DNA of 64,000 nt from Candidatus Sericytochromatia bacterium (GTDB taxonomy: Bacteria; Cyanobacteriota; Sericytochromatia; S15B-MN24; JAQBPE01). The notes under the pieces are model-generated. The model was not told the origin of the DNA and did no database searches. It saw only the letters and a program-made list of their open reading frames with translations. Positions 1 to 9,635 of this stretch are shown here, piece after piece (within the stretch, counting starts at the first letter, position 1; every line of letters begins with the position of its first letter). The position numbers were made by a program, and so were the translations under genes. The DNA lies in NCBI GenBank assembly GCA_040400605.1, contig JBBAPZ010000004.1, forward strand, positions 158,353 through 222,352. Reading direction: 5' to 3'.

Positions 1-1
1 T

Positions 2-409
2 TATGTCGGCGCCACCGAATATATGGAGTGGCCGTTTGACTCCCTTGAGTTTGTGTGGCGTGTACGCGTGCAGCTGCGGCACTGCGTGCGTTCAGCAGAC
101 GAAACAAAGAGCCTACAATGCCCACCTTACCGTCTGGAAGTATCCACGCGTCTGATTTACGTGGCAGACCGCGCCATTACCCTGACACCATCCGAGTTCA
201 ACCTCGCTTGGGTGCTGATCAGCCGTTTCAATCAATGGGTAACGACGGAGCACTTGCTGCTTGACGCGTTAAAGCGTCCTCGTGATGCACGGTCGCTGGC
301 TTTGCTGCACACGCACATTCGCAATCTGCGCAAAAAATTGGAGACAGATCCCCATCAACCCCAGATTCTGCTTGCTACCAACGGTGCCTACCAATGGCGC
401 ACCGTCTGA
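2..409 (+). CDS. OmpR/PhoB-type response regulator, 5'-truncated (end of receiver plus winged-helix DNA-binding domain)
   Basis: Frame is open from base 2 (YVGATEYMEWPF, resembling GADDYxxKPF). C-terminus has LTPSEFNLAWVL...HIRNLRKKLETDPHQPQIL...GAYQW, typical of Trans_reg_C. Confidence 0.8.
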   Translation, partial: YVGATEYMEWPFDSLEFVWRVRVQLRHCVRSADETKSLQCPPYRLEVSTRLIYVADRAITLTPSEFNLAWVLISRFNQWVTTEHLLLDALKRPRDARSLALLHTHIRNLRKKLETDPHQPQILLATNGAYQWRTV

Positions 410-410
410 C

Positions 411-662
411 TCATACCATCGCAGGCTCCCATAATCGCAGCGCATAACGTTTGATGCACTGGGCGTCTGGCACACGCTCCGTTTCAATGGCCGTACAGAT
501 GTACTTGCCTTCAAGCCCCTCGCTGATGCGCGCACGCTGTGCACCTAGCAAATTGCCTACATTCAGCTGTGGATCCTCATCCACCTCCTGAACCAAACCA
601 TCCGAAAATACCAGTAAATACCGCCACGCTTTCAGCATGCCAAGCTCCTTTTTTCTCGTCAT
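411..662 (-). CDS. small hypothetical protein (83 aa)
   Basis: Protein-like ORF MTRKKELGMLKAWRYLLVF..., convergent with the regulator. Start placed at ATG 662; the ORF extends to 710. No recognisable motif. Confidence 0.45.
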   Translation of the reverse strand: MTRKKELGMLKAWRYLLVFSDGLVQEVDEDPQLNVGNLLGAQRARISEGLEGKYICTAIETERVPDAQCIKRYALRLWEPAMV

Positions 663-950
663 TATGCTGCGCGCTGCGGTCCAAACCGACATACAAACAG
701 GAGACGCCAAGACGCGTTTGCCGACATTCGGCCCCTAATTGTCTTTACTCCCGAAGACCACTCGACATCGTTGCGGTTGCCCGAACGTAAACGCCGGGTG
801 TCCGGCTGAGGCGCTTGCAAGGATGAATGATTGTCTCCGAGGGTAAGAATTGGTATCCGTGATTGTTGTCAAGGTCGCGATGCAGCAACTGAAGAGCATC
901 GGAATGGGATGCAATATCGCGTCTGGGTTTTGGGGATAGAACGGTTACTG

Positions 951-1048
951 TACGGCGACGCATCGGTTGTTGCTCAAAACATTAGACACTGACTTGCTTT
1001 TATGCTGACCAACAGCCAAAACTGATCACCAATCCGCACGTTTCTGTT
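951..1048 (+). repeat. dispersed intergenic repeat, copy A
   Basis: tacggcgacgcatcggttgttgCTCAAAACATtagacactgac...accAACAGCCAAAActgATCACCAATC aligns by eye with 18035-18143 and 28518-28638. Confidence 0.7.
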
Positions 1049-1268
1049 TAACGGAAAAGGGTCTGAAAAACCGCTTGGATGTTTTTTGGGGGCACTTCGC
1101 CTGCAAGCCGACCCACATGATTTTGTAGGCAGAATGTTTTTGAATAAGAAGACGATGAGTTGGTTTCCAGGAATTTTCCCCCAGGTTGTTGAATGCGCGT
1201 GATTGTGCGGTATAACGAGCGGTCTGAAGCCGCGGTTGCAGGCGCCAGATGCGAAGGACGTCGTGCCG

Positions 1269-3248
1269 TTACACGTCTGAGTAGCTGTCGGAATCCTGAC
1301 GACTTTCGCTGCCTGGTTCGGTGCGGGCCCACGCCTGGTCGCGCTGCCTGAATCCTTGGGACCACTGGTCAAACCACACGCCAGGTCCTTTTGGCAAGGT
1401 ATCGTCATCCAGACGAACGACATCAACGCCGATTTCCGAACTGAGTTGCACGCGCAGGTTTTCACTCAAGACGGCATCGCGCCCGGTGGTAATAAAAATC
1501 GTGTTTAGTCTCCGGCTTTTGCCATATTCGGGTAAAACCTCCAACAACGAGCCGGGTAAGACTTTTAAACTCAAAATGAAATCACGGGAATCATAGAATT
1601 CTTCAATCTGTTGGGAAATCAGTCGTTCGAGGCCTTCAGACAGACGGGCAGGCCCGGCGCTTTGTTCTTCGGCGTGGAACAATAAAATCTCAATGTTCTC
1701 ACCGAACTTTTTTAACAGGTAACTGATCTCGGTAACCAGGCGGGTCGCATTCGAGCCACTGGTACAAATCACGTACGTGGGAAGATCCGGTAAATTTTCC
1801 ATTTTGCGGTACTTGCCCAGCCCCAAGCGCAAGTCTGGCAGTTGCACCATCCGGGTCTCGACCTGTCCGAGGCGATAAAAAGCCATAAGCAAAAGTACCG
1901 CCAAGAACAACTGCAGTCCTAAACCCCTTGCCTCGTGTGCGGTGATAATCAAAACGCCCTGCGCGAAAATCAGAAGGATTGCACCCAGTAACGGCGCCCA
2001 CGGCAGCGTGACGTGGCGAATCTTAAAGGTCCACGTGTTGATGTAGGGCGCTCGTGCGATTTTGACGGGCTGATGCAAACGCAGCAGAAGCACGCCGGCG
2101 CAATAAAAAATCATGACCCCCAAAAACGCAATCCCATAGACCTCACCGAGGCGATCGACACTGCCGGGAAACGCGACCAACATCACCACACACAGTGCCA
2201 TAAAGGGTAAAACGGCCAAGGGATAACCTTGCAAAGCCGGTCTCCAGTCTGTCCAACGCTGCAACACCAGAGCGGGCAAGTTTCCTTGCTTGCCCATGGT
2301 GGTGATCAAACCGGTCGCGCCGGCAAAGGCTGTATTGACTGCGGCAAAGAGCGTCAAACACGCATTGGTGACCAAAAGATACAGCATCGGCGTGCCTCCT
2401 TCCAGAACGGCGACACCCGATAAAAACGCGTCTTTATATTTGACGACATCGGCATCCGACAGCAAAACAATGCACAACAAGGACGAAATGGGTCCCGTAA
2501 AGCTGACGAGTATCACAATGGTTGTATAAATGCGGCGAATCGACAGCCAACGGGGTTCCGCAATCTCCTCGATAATTTGCGCCGCGGATTCAAAACCCGT
2601 AATTCCCAAAAAAGCGGCAGCAAATGCCATGACCACCGCATGGGGAGCCAGTGCACCAAAGCCTTCCGTCAAACGTTCCCAATGAGCCCCTTGGGTAAAA
2701 GCCAGGAACAAACCATACACATCCATGCCAATCAGGGTCACGAAATGAAACGCTGCGATGGCAAAGGTTAACTTGGTGGATTCGCGCAAGCCAAATACGT
2801 TCAGAATCGCGAACCCAACGATCGGAACTGCCGCAACCAATGCGATTTGCCAGTTGCTCCAAACGGTGTGACCGAGAATGGGCAAGGTGCTGAGGTATTT
2901 GGCCCCGGACAATGCACTGACCACTGCGGTAGCCAGGTAAGACAATATCGTCATGGAGCCCACAATCAACGCGGTGCGACGACCGATGGTCTGCAAGACC
3001 ATCGTGTAAGCGCCGCCGTTGAGAGGGCTGACTGCGCAACCTTCCTGGTAGGTCAACTTGAACAACCACATGGCCGAACAGACAAAGGTAATGAAAAATG
3101 GAGCCGCACCGCCAACCAATGGATATAAAATGCCCGTGCTGTAAAAAACGGACGTTCCGATGTCCGCGCCCACCAAGCCGGCAGCAAGCCACCAGGTCAA
3201 AGCGGGTGCGTGCGCAGGGCGGGATTGTTGCAGTTGAGCCGTACTCAC
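1269..3248 (-). CDS. APC-family permease with C-terminal cytoplasmic domain (KimA-like, probable K+/cation transporter)
   Basis: About 12 TM segments. GADIGTSVFY, NGGAYT and AFLGITGFESAAQ are APC/KimA-like motifs. Soluble C-terminal domain. Start overlaps the trkA stop. Confidence 0.8.
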   Translation of the reverse strand: MSTAQLQQSRPAHAPALTWWLAAGLVGADIGTSVFYSTGILYPLVGGAAPFFITFVCSAMWLFKLTYQEGCAVSPLNGGAYTMVLQTIGRRTALIVGSMTILSYLATAVVSALSGAKYLSTLPILGHTVWSNWQIALVAAVPIVGFAILNVFGLRESTKLTFAIAAFHFVTLIGMDVYGLFLAFTQGAHWERLTEGFGALAPHAVVMAFAAAFLGITGFESAAQIIEEIAEPRWLSIRRIYTTIVILVSFTGPISSLLCIVLLSDADVVKYKDAFLSGVAVLEGGTPMLYLLVTNACLTLFAAVNTAFAGATGLITTMGKQGNLPALVLQRWTDWRPALQGYPLAVLPFMALCVVMLVAFPGSVDRLGEVYGIAFLGVMIFYCAGVLLLRLHQPVKIARAPYINTWTFKIRHVTLPWAPLLGAILLIFAQGVLIITAHEARGLGLQLFLAVLLLMAFYRLGQVETRMVQLPDLRLGLGKYRKMENLPDLPTYVICTSGSNATRLVTEISYLLKKFGENIEILLFHAEEQSAGPARLSEGLERLISQQIEEFYDSRDFILSLKVLPGSLLEVLPEYGKSRRLNTIFITTGRDAVLSENLRVQLSSEIGVDVVRLDDDTLPKGPGVWFDQWSQGFRQRDQAWARTEPGSESRQDSDSYSDV

Positions 3249-3910
3249 GCCTTGACTCCCACGAGCACCGCGCGGAGTTCGGCTTCGTTGCTGCGCAAGG
3301 TGATCGCGAAGACCTCATCGGCGGGCAACAGCACCGTGTTCCCATCTGGTACGACGAGTTCGCCCGCGCGCCAAATGGCAGCAATCAGGGAATCTTTGGG
3401 CAGGTCCAGTTTTCGGATGGGTAAACCGACCACTGGTGCGTCTTGTCTGAGATCAACTTCAACGACAGACATCCGTTCATGCCATGTGAAGAGGGTCATC
3501 GCCTCGTGGGGAATGATTTCATACTCAATGGCACGGGACACCAACGATGTCACACTGATCACCAGGTCGACTCCCGCCAACCGAAACAACTCTTCATTGC
3601 GCGGATCATTGACCCGTGCCAAGGTGCGTCTGACATTGAACAGATACTTGGCCATCTTGCAGATCATGTAATTGTCCTGGTCCCGCCCAGCGACCGCCAC
3701 GATGACATCGGCCCGACTGATTCCCGCGCGCAACAGTAACTCCGGATTCGTTGCATCACCCGCAATGACTGACACTTCCTCGTACTCTCGATACACCGCC
3801 TCGCATACGCGTCGATCCCGTTCAATCAACGCCACTTCGTGCTGCTGTTCAAGCAATGCCCGAATGAGGTGTAAACCAATTTTGCCGCCACCTGCAATAA
3901 TAATGAACAT
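3245..3910 (-). CDS. trkA: TrkA-family potassium uptake regulatory protein (RCK_N + RCK_C)
   Basis: IIIAGGGKIG NAD-binding motif, GDATNPELLLRAGI, ARVNDPRNEELF, and C-terminal LPKDSLIAAIWRAGELVVPDG. Confidence 0.92.
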   Translation of the reverse strand: MFIIIAGGGKIGLHLIRALLEQQHEVALIERDRRVCEAVYREYEEVSVIAGDATNPELLLRAGISRADVIVAVAGRDQDNYMICKMAKYLFNVRRTLARVNDPRNEELFRLAGVDLVISVTSLVSRAIEYEIIPHEAMTLFTWHERMSVVEVDLRQDAPVVGLPIRKLDLPKDSLIAAIWRAGELVVPDGNTVLLPADEVFAITLRSNEAELRAVLVGVKA

Positions 3911-3949
3911 GCAGTCTCCCTGCGCACTTTCTGGTACCCAAAAACCCGG

Positions 3950-4354
3950 TCAAAGCTTCAACTCCAACGCACGCTCCAACGCAAGCGTTCCCTCGACAAT
4001 CGGGCTGATGACCTCGAACCCTTCTTCACGATACAAATTGGCCAGTCGCGGTTCATCCACACGTACGACAATGCGCGGCACGTTAAAGATTCGGCGCGCG
4101 ACATCAGCGGCCATCATATTTGTGCTTTCATCGCGAGCGACCGCTGCGAGCGCGACAGCCCGCTCGATGCCGGCACGTTTAAGCACATCATTGTCAATTT
4201 CCATGCCCTCGATGGTGCGCCCTTTAAAGTCGCGGGGCAAGTTCAAGTCAAAGTTGCGGCGCTCATGATCCACCACGACCACTTCCTGACCCGCTGCGGC
4301 CAGTTTGATGGCGAGACTGCCCCCTAGCCGTCCGCATCCGATGATCAATACCAT
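3950..4354 (-). CDS. TrkA-family protein, RCK_N domain only
   Basis: LIIGCGRLG, LKRAGIERA, DESTNMMA. 134 aa, with no RCK_C domain. Confidence 0.88.
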   Translation of the reverse strand: MVLIIGCGRLGGSLAIKLAAAGQEVVVVDHERRNFDLNLPRDFKGRTIEGMEIDNDVLKRAGIERAVALAAVARDESTNMMAADVARRIFNVPRIVVRVDEPRLANLYREEGFEVISPIVEGTLALERALELKL

Positions 4355-4465
4355 TGCGCCTTACCTCTTCCGCGCCAAGTGCCTGTCAGAACAAACTTCC
4401 GCTCACCTGGCCCCAAGTCACACACTATACTCCTGCGCCGCACCGCTAAGCAAGCAATCCCATTT

Positions 4466-5695
4466 CTAGTTAAGTATGCCAACCATTGCAGCACTCAAGC
4501 ACGACGCGAGCGCGCCTGCCAACATCGCGCGCGGACCCAAACGTGCGAGATCCCGCCGACGCTCAGGGGCCATTTGCCCAATGCCGCCGACGTTTTGTGC
4601 GACAGACGACACATTCGCAAAACCACACAACGCAAAGGTCGCCAACATCGCGCCACGTTCACCGATCTTTCCGTCGCGCAAGGCCTCGGACAGTTGGGCA
4701 TATGACACAAACTCATTCAGAACCAACTTCTGCCCGATTAAATGCCCAACCATCCAAGCATCTGCATAGGGCACCCCAATCAAAAACGCGAGGGGAAAGA
4801 ACAACACGCCAAGGATCGCTTCCAGGCTTAGCGCCGTTACACCCACGTAACTTCCAACCCACGCGATGCCACCATTCACCATCGCGACAAGCGAAATGAA
4901 CGCCAACAGCATCGCAGCGACCGCCAACGCCAATTGCAGACCGTCTTGCGCCCCCTTTGCCGCCGCTTCGATCAGCGACGACTCTCGACGCGTCAGTTCA
5001 AAGTGAACATGACCCACCGTTTGCGAGGCCTCGGTCTCCGGCACAATCATTTTGGCCATGACCAACCCGGCGGGCGCTCCCATCAGCGAAGCAGCCAGCA
5101 AGTGCGGAGCCCAATTTTCACCCAACATGCCAATGTAGGCTGCCATAACCCCACCCGCGATGGTGGCCATGCCACCCGTCATCAGTGCCATCAGTTCCGA
5201 TCGCGTCATCCCTGAGATGTAAGGTCTGACAAGCAAAGGACCTTCAACCTGCCCCACAAACACACAGGCCGCGGCAGACAAACTTTCAGCACCGGATACG
5301 CCGAGTGTCCTTGCCATCAGCCACGCCATCGCGCCAACCAGGCGCTGAATCAGCCCCAAATGGTACAAAACCCCAATAACGGCAGCCATAAAAACAATTG
5401 TCGGCAAAACCTGAAACGCAAAGATAAAGCCAAAGGACGGCACATCTTCAACCAATTTTCCAAAAACAAATTGCGACCCAACCTTGGAGAAGTCCAACAA
5501 GCGTGTGATACCTCGCCCCAACCACTGAAACAATGCTTGACCGGCACGCGTGTTCAAAATAAAAATTGCCAAGGTAAATTGCACACCGAGGCCCCATGCC
5601 ACCAAACGCCAGCGAATCGCTTGGCGATCCACCGATGCGACGTAAGCGATCGCCAAAATGATTGCAATCCCGGCAAGGCCTATAAGGTGCTGCAT
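4466..5695 (-). CDS. nupC: NupC/CNT-family nucleoside:cation symporter
   Basis: FAFQVLPTIVF, GAESLSAAACVFVGQ, GMATIAGGV, KLVLNEFV and FALCGFAN motifs. Confidence 0.95.
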   Translation of the reverse strand: MQHLIGLAGIAIILAIAYVASVDRQAIRWRLVAWGLGVQFTLAIFILNTRAGQALFQWLGRGITRLLDFSKVGSQFVFGKLVEDVPSFGFIFAFQVLPTIVFMAAVIGVLYHLGLIQRLVGAMAWLMARTLGVSGAESLSAAACVFVGQVEGPLLVRPYISGMTRSELMALMTGGMATIAGGVMAAYIGMLGENWAPHLLAASLMGAPAGLVMAKMIVPETEASQTVGHVHFELTRRESSLIEAAAKGAQDGLQLALAVAAMLLAFISLVAMVNGGIAWVGSYVGVTALSLEAILGVLFFPLAFLIGVPYADAWMVGHLIGQKLVLNEFVSYAQLSEALRDGKIGERGAMLATFALCGFANVSSVAQNVGGIGQMAPERRRDLARLGPRAMLAGALASCLSAAMVGILN

Positions 5696-5720
5696 ACCAG
5701 TTTTAATCCCCTTTGCGGAC

Positions 5721-6965
5721 TCAGCTCAGCAAGCCCGCGATGGTGGCTGTCAAACATGACGCCAAGGCGCCGCCAAACATCGCACGCAGACCCAGTTGCG
5801 CCAGCTCGCTGCGCCGCTCTGGCGCGATGCCGCCGATACAACCGACGTTGATGGCAATCGAGCTAAAATTGGCAAAGCCACACAAAGCATAGGTTGCAAT
5901 GGTCGTGCCCATTGGGGTTAAACTCAAATTCGCCACTTTTCCGCCAATGATTTCAGATAGCCGGGCATAGGCGACAAATTCATTTAACACAATTTTTTGT
6001 CCAAGCAGCGCCCCAACCGTCTGGACATCCACCCAAGGCACACCCATCAAAAAGACCAAGGGCGCAAATGCAAAGCCAAGCAACTTCTCCAACGACAAAC
6101 CACCCCAGCCCAAAGATGCACCAAACAGCCCGATGCCGGCATTTAACATTGCCAGAAGCGATATGAATGCAATCAGCATCGCGCCCACAATGAGCGCCAG
6201 GTGTAGGCCATCTTGTGCACCTTTTGCGGCGGCTTCAATCAACGATGACTCTTGACGTTCGATGGTGAGATCAACCACGCCCGCGGTCTCCGGGAGTGCT
6301 GTCTCCGGTAATAGCATTTTTGCCATCACCAAGCCCGCCGGCGCCCCCATGATCGATGCCGCCAGCAAGTGCGGTGCCCAGTCACTTCCCAGCATTCCGA
6401 TATACGCCGCCATCACGGAGCCCGCGATGGTTGCCATGCCACTGGTCATAATGGTGTTCAATTCGGAGCGCGTCATCCCCTGAATGTAAGGTTTAATCAA
6501 CAAAGGTGCTTCGGATTGACCGACAAAAACCGTACCCACCGCATTCAGACTTTCGGCCCCGGACGTCTTCATCGTTCGCACCATCAACCGCGCGGTCCAT
6601 GTCACAACCAACTGCATGATACCGACGTGGTAAGCAATGCCCATCAAGCTGCCCACAAAAATGATGGCGGGCAGGACCTGAAAACAAAAAATGAACCCAA
6701 ACCGGTCCATTTTGGTCACGAGGTCGCCAAACACAAAGGTACTGCCCTGTTTCGAAAAATCGAGCAGGGTGGTTACCGCTGCCCCCATCCATTCGAAGCA
6801 CTGCCGACCAAAGGGCAGTTTGAGTATGAACAAGGCCAGTAACAACTGGAGGCCCAAGCCCCACAGGACCAGTCGCCAGTTGATGTGACGGCGGTCCGTT
6901 GAAAAGGTCCACGCGATCGCCAAGATGGCCCCGATACCAAGCAGACCAATCCAGTTTTCAGGCAT
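5721..6965 (-). CDS. nupC: NupC/CNT-family nucleoside:cation symporter (tandem paralog)
   Basis: FCFQVLPAIIF, GAESL...FVGQSEAPL, GMATIAGSV, KIVLNEFVAY, YALCGFANFSS. Start at ATG 6965 (ORF extends to 6971). Confidence 0.95.
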   Translation of the reverse strand: MPENWIGLLGIGAILAIAWTFSTDRRHINWRLVLWGLGLQLLLALFILKLPFGRQCFEWMGAAVTTLLDFSKQGSTFVFGDLVTKMDRFGFIFCFQVLPAIIFVGSLMGIAYHVGIMQLVVTWTARLMVRTMKTSGAESLNAVGTVFVGQSEAPLLIKPYIQGMTRSELNTIMTSGMATIAGSVMAAYIGMLGSDWAPHLLAASIMGAPAGLVMAKMLLPETALPETAGVVDLTIERQESSLIEAAAKGAQDGLHLALIVGAMLIAFISLLAMLNAGIGLFGASLGWGGLSLEKLLGFAFAPLVFLMGVPWVDVQTVGALLGQKIVLNEFVAYARLSEIIGGKVANLSLTPMGTTIATYALCGFANFSSIAINVGCIGGIAPERRSELAQLGLRAMFGGALASCLTATIAGLLS

Positions 6966-7070
6966 AACCAACGCTTTCAGGTATCAATCGCGGATATCAT
7001 GGCTGTATGAACGACACGGGCGTTATTCTAGGTGCAGCGCCGAACAAAAGCAAGCGACCGAACCAGACCG

Positions 7071-7754
7071 TCACGACGCAGCAGCGGTCTCGCCTTTGCG
7101 ATGGCGCCAGAGTTCGATCATCATCGGCGCGATGGAAATGGCGATGACAGCTAAAATCACCAGTTTGAAATTGGATTTGACGAACGGCAAGCCGCCAAAA
7201 TAATAACCTGCAAAGACGAACAGGCTGATCCACAACCCGCCACCCAGGATCGAAAACATCAAAAAACGACGATAACTCATGCGGCCAACGCCCGCCACAA
7301 ACGGTGCAAAGGTTCGCACAATCGGGACAAAGCGCGCAATAACCAGTGTCTTTGCGCCGTAGCGCTCAAAATACGCATGCGTCTTGTCCAGATGCGACCG
7401 CCTGAAATAACGGTTTTTTTCCGCAGAAAAAACTTTTGGACCCACCTTTCGCCCAATCATGTAGTTCAGATTGTCGCCCAAAACAGCCGCACACCACAGC
7501 AACAGCCACAACCCCACGACATTGAATGGCAAGGACGCGCACAAAGCGCCCGCCGCGAACAGCAACGAATCACCGGGCAAAAGGGGCGTTACAACCAAGC
7601 CAGTTTCACAAAAAATGATCCCGAACAAAATGACGTAAGTCAAACTGCCGTATTGCCCCGCCAGGTCGATTAAATGCCTGTCCACGTGGATGAAGAGATC
7701 AACCCAGGTCTTTAAAACGTCCAACATGGTCTGATTCGCCCATTGCCCTCTCAA
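7071..7754 (-). CDS. dedA: DedA-family membrane protein
   Basis: FCETGLVVTPLLPGDSLLF, AVLGDNLNY, ARFVPIVRTFAPFVAG. The true start may be the downstream Met (MLDVLK). Confidence 0.95.
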   Translation of the reverse strand: MRGQWANQTMLDVLKTWVDLFIHVDRHLIDLAGQYGSLTYVILFGIIFCETGLVVTPLLPGDSLLFAAGALCASLPFNVVGLWLLLWCAAVLGDNLNYMIGRKVGPKVFSAEKNRYFRRSHLDKTHAYFERYGAKTLVIARFVPIVRTFAPFVAGVGRMSYRRFLMFSILGGGLWISLFVFAGYYFGGLPFVKSNFKLVILAVIAISIAPMMIELWRHRKGETAAAS

Positions 7755-7769
7755 AAAAACAGCGACACC

Positions 7770-8828
7770 TCAGGACTTTGAACGGGGCTCAGTCGCACTG
7801 CTGTTAGGTCGCGATTTGCGCCATACCGGTTCTGTGGGTGTTAATGGGTGCAAGAAAATCTTGATGCCGTTACGCATCAACACATCTTCCGTAAAGCGCT
7901 GCAGTTGCGCCTCATCAATGGCGTAAGCCCGATCCAGAAGCGGATTCAATTTGTGCAGGCTTGTTTTGACCTCACCGTGCAATCTGGCCAATTCGTCTGT
8001 CGTCAACGCCACTTTCGGCAGTGCTTCGAGCGCCGGTTTAGCCTTGGTCAGCAGTGCTGGCGCATGTTCACGTGCCGCTTGCGCGACCGCCCCAACATCA
8101 CGCAAGATGGCAGGTGATTGGTGCGCCAATTCTGCACTGAATCGATCCAGATTGGTGACACTGCGTCCCAGGGCGGCTTTATTCTGGCTTAGCAAAGTTG
8201 CACCATCTTGACTCACACTCGCCAGGTTTCGCCCGATTGTATCAATGTTTTTTCGATTGTTGCGCAAAATATCTTCCAGTTCATCCGCGATGGCCGCTGC
8301 ATTTCGAACCACCCCAGCCAGGCTTTCTTGTTCAGCGTCCAAGGTCTTGGCCAAGGTTCGCACAATGGTTGACACATCTTTGGGATTGACCTCGCGCAAC
8401 AATGGCGCTGCCGCAGCCAGCAAATCATCCACTTCGACACTCGCCCGGGTTGTCTCAATGACATCCCCTGTGGCCAACAGTGCCGCATCACGAGAACGCG
8501 GCCGAAGTTCAACATATTTCTCACCCAGCAAAGACTTTGCACGTATCACCGCCTCAACGTCCTTGCGAATCTGCGCCTCAGGCTTCAGATAAAGACTCAC
8601 CACGGCTTTGTCGTGCTCAACCGCCAAGCCCTCGACGTGGCCCACTTGTACCCCGGCTACACTGACAGCAGCCTGCTTGACGAGGCCAGAAGCATTGACA
8701 AAGGAAGCCTTGACCCGGACACCACCGCCGAAGGATATGTTGCCAACCATCAATGTCATGTAGGCCAATAAACCCGCAGATAGCAGAATGAAGCCGCCCA
8801 ACATCCACTCATTGCGATAACTTGCCAC
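7770..8828 (-). CDS. mlaD: MlaD/MCE-domain protein with helical C-terminal extension
   Basis: N-terminal TM, FVNASGL...VSVAGVQVG, SLLGEKYVEL. Lies downstream of mlaEEF. Confidence 0.9.
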   Translation of the reverse strand: MASYRNEWMLGGFILLSAGLLAYMTLMVGNISFGGGVRVKASFVNASGLVKQAAVSVAGVQVGHVEGLAVEHDKAVVSLYLKPEAQIRKDVEAVIRAKSLLGEKYVELRPRSRDAALLATGDVIETTRASVEVDDLLAAAAPLLREVNPKDVSTIVRTLAKTLDAEQESLAGVVRNAAAIADELEDILRNNRKNIDTIGRNLASVSQDGATLLSQNKAALGRSVTNLDRFSAELAHQSPAILRDVGAVAQAAREHAPALLTKAKPALEALPKVALTTDELARLHGEVKTSLHKLNPLLDRAYAIDEAQLQRFTEDVLMRNGIKIFLHPLTPTEPVWRKSRPNSSATEPRSKS

Positions 8829-8849
8829 GCCGTTGCCTTCCTGTCTGTC

Positions 8850-9596
8850 TCACACTACCTGAATGGGGCCATCCGCACTGCGCGAAAAGAACTGTTGCAA
8901 AATGGGGTTGTCTGAATGACGAATCGCACGTGCTTCGCCGTCGGCAATCAACTTGCTCTTATATAACATGGCGATGCGATCGGCAATCTGAAAAGTACCC
9001 TCCAGGTCGTGCGAAATGACTACAAACGTCAATCCCAATTCCCGTTGCATCTGCAAAATCAACTTGTCGATCGCATCACTCATCACCGGATCCAGCCCGG
9101 AATTGGGTTCGTCAAACAAAACTACCGCAGGCTCCAGTGCCAATGCTCGCGCGATCCCCACGCGCTTGCGCATGCCGCCTGACAGTTCCCCGGGAAATTT
9201 TTTCGCCGCACCCGGCAATCCCACCTGACTCAGTTTTCGCCGAACGACTTCCTTGATTTCCTGCGCCGTCTTGCGTGTATGCTGCTCCAACGGAAACGCA
9301 ATGTTCTCTTCAACGGTCATCGAATCGAATAAAGCCCCGTCCTGAAACAACATGCCAAATTTTTTTCGAACCTCAAACAGATCCGTTTCAGCCAGTGTCG
9401 TGATATCCTGCCCGTCTACCAAAATTTGACCTGCGTCCGGTTTCAATAAACCGACCAACAACTTGATGAAGACACTTTTGCCCGTTCCGGAGGGGCCAAT
9501 GATCACGGTTGTTTGCCCTTTGGGGATAACCAGACTGACATCGTCAAGCACCTTTTGTGCACCAAAAGACTTGGATACACGCCTGAATTCAATCAC
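8850..9596 (-). CDS. mlaF: MlaF/Mkl-type ABC ATPase
   Basis: GPSGTGKS, FQDGALFDSMTV, LSGGMRKRVG, LFDEPNSGLDP, ISHD. Confidence 0.95.
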   Translation of the reverse strand: MIEFRRVSKSFGAQKVLDDVSLVIPKGQTTVIIGPSGTGKSVFIKLLVGLLKPDAGQILVDGQDITTLAETDLFEVRKKFGMLFQDGALFDSMTVEENIAFPLEQHTRKTAQEIKEVVRRKLSQVGLPGAAKKFPGELSGGMRKRVGIARALALEPAVVLFDEPNSGLDPVMSDAIDKLILQMQRELGLTFVVISHDLEGTFQIADRIAMLYKSKLIADGEARAIRHSDNPILQQFFSRSADGPIQVV

Positions 9597-9635
9597 GGAT
9601 TGCCCTCCGGTTCGAATTGGTTGAACGCATTACCA

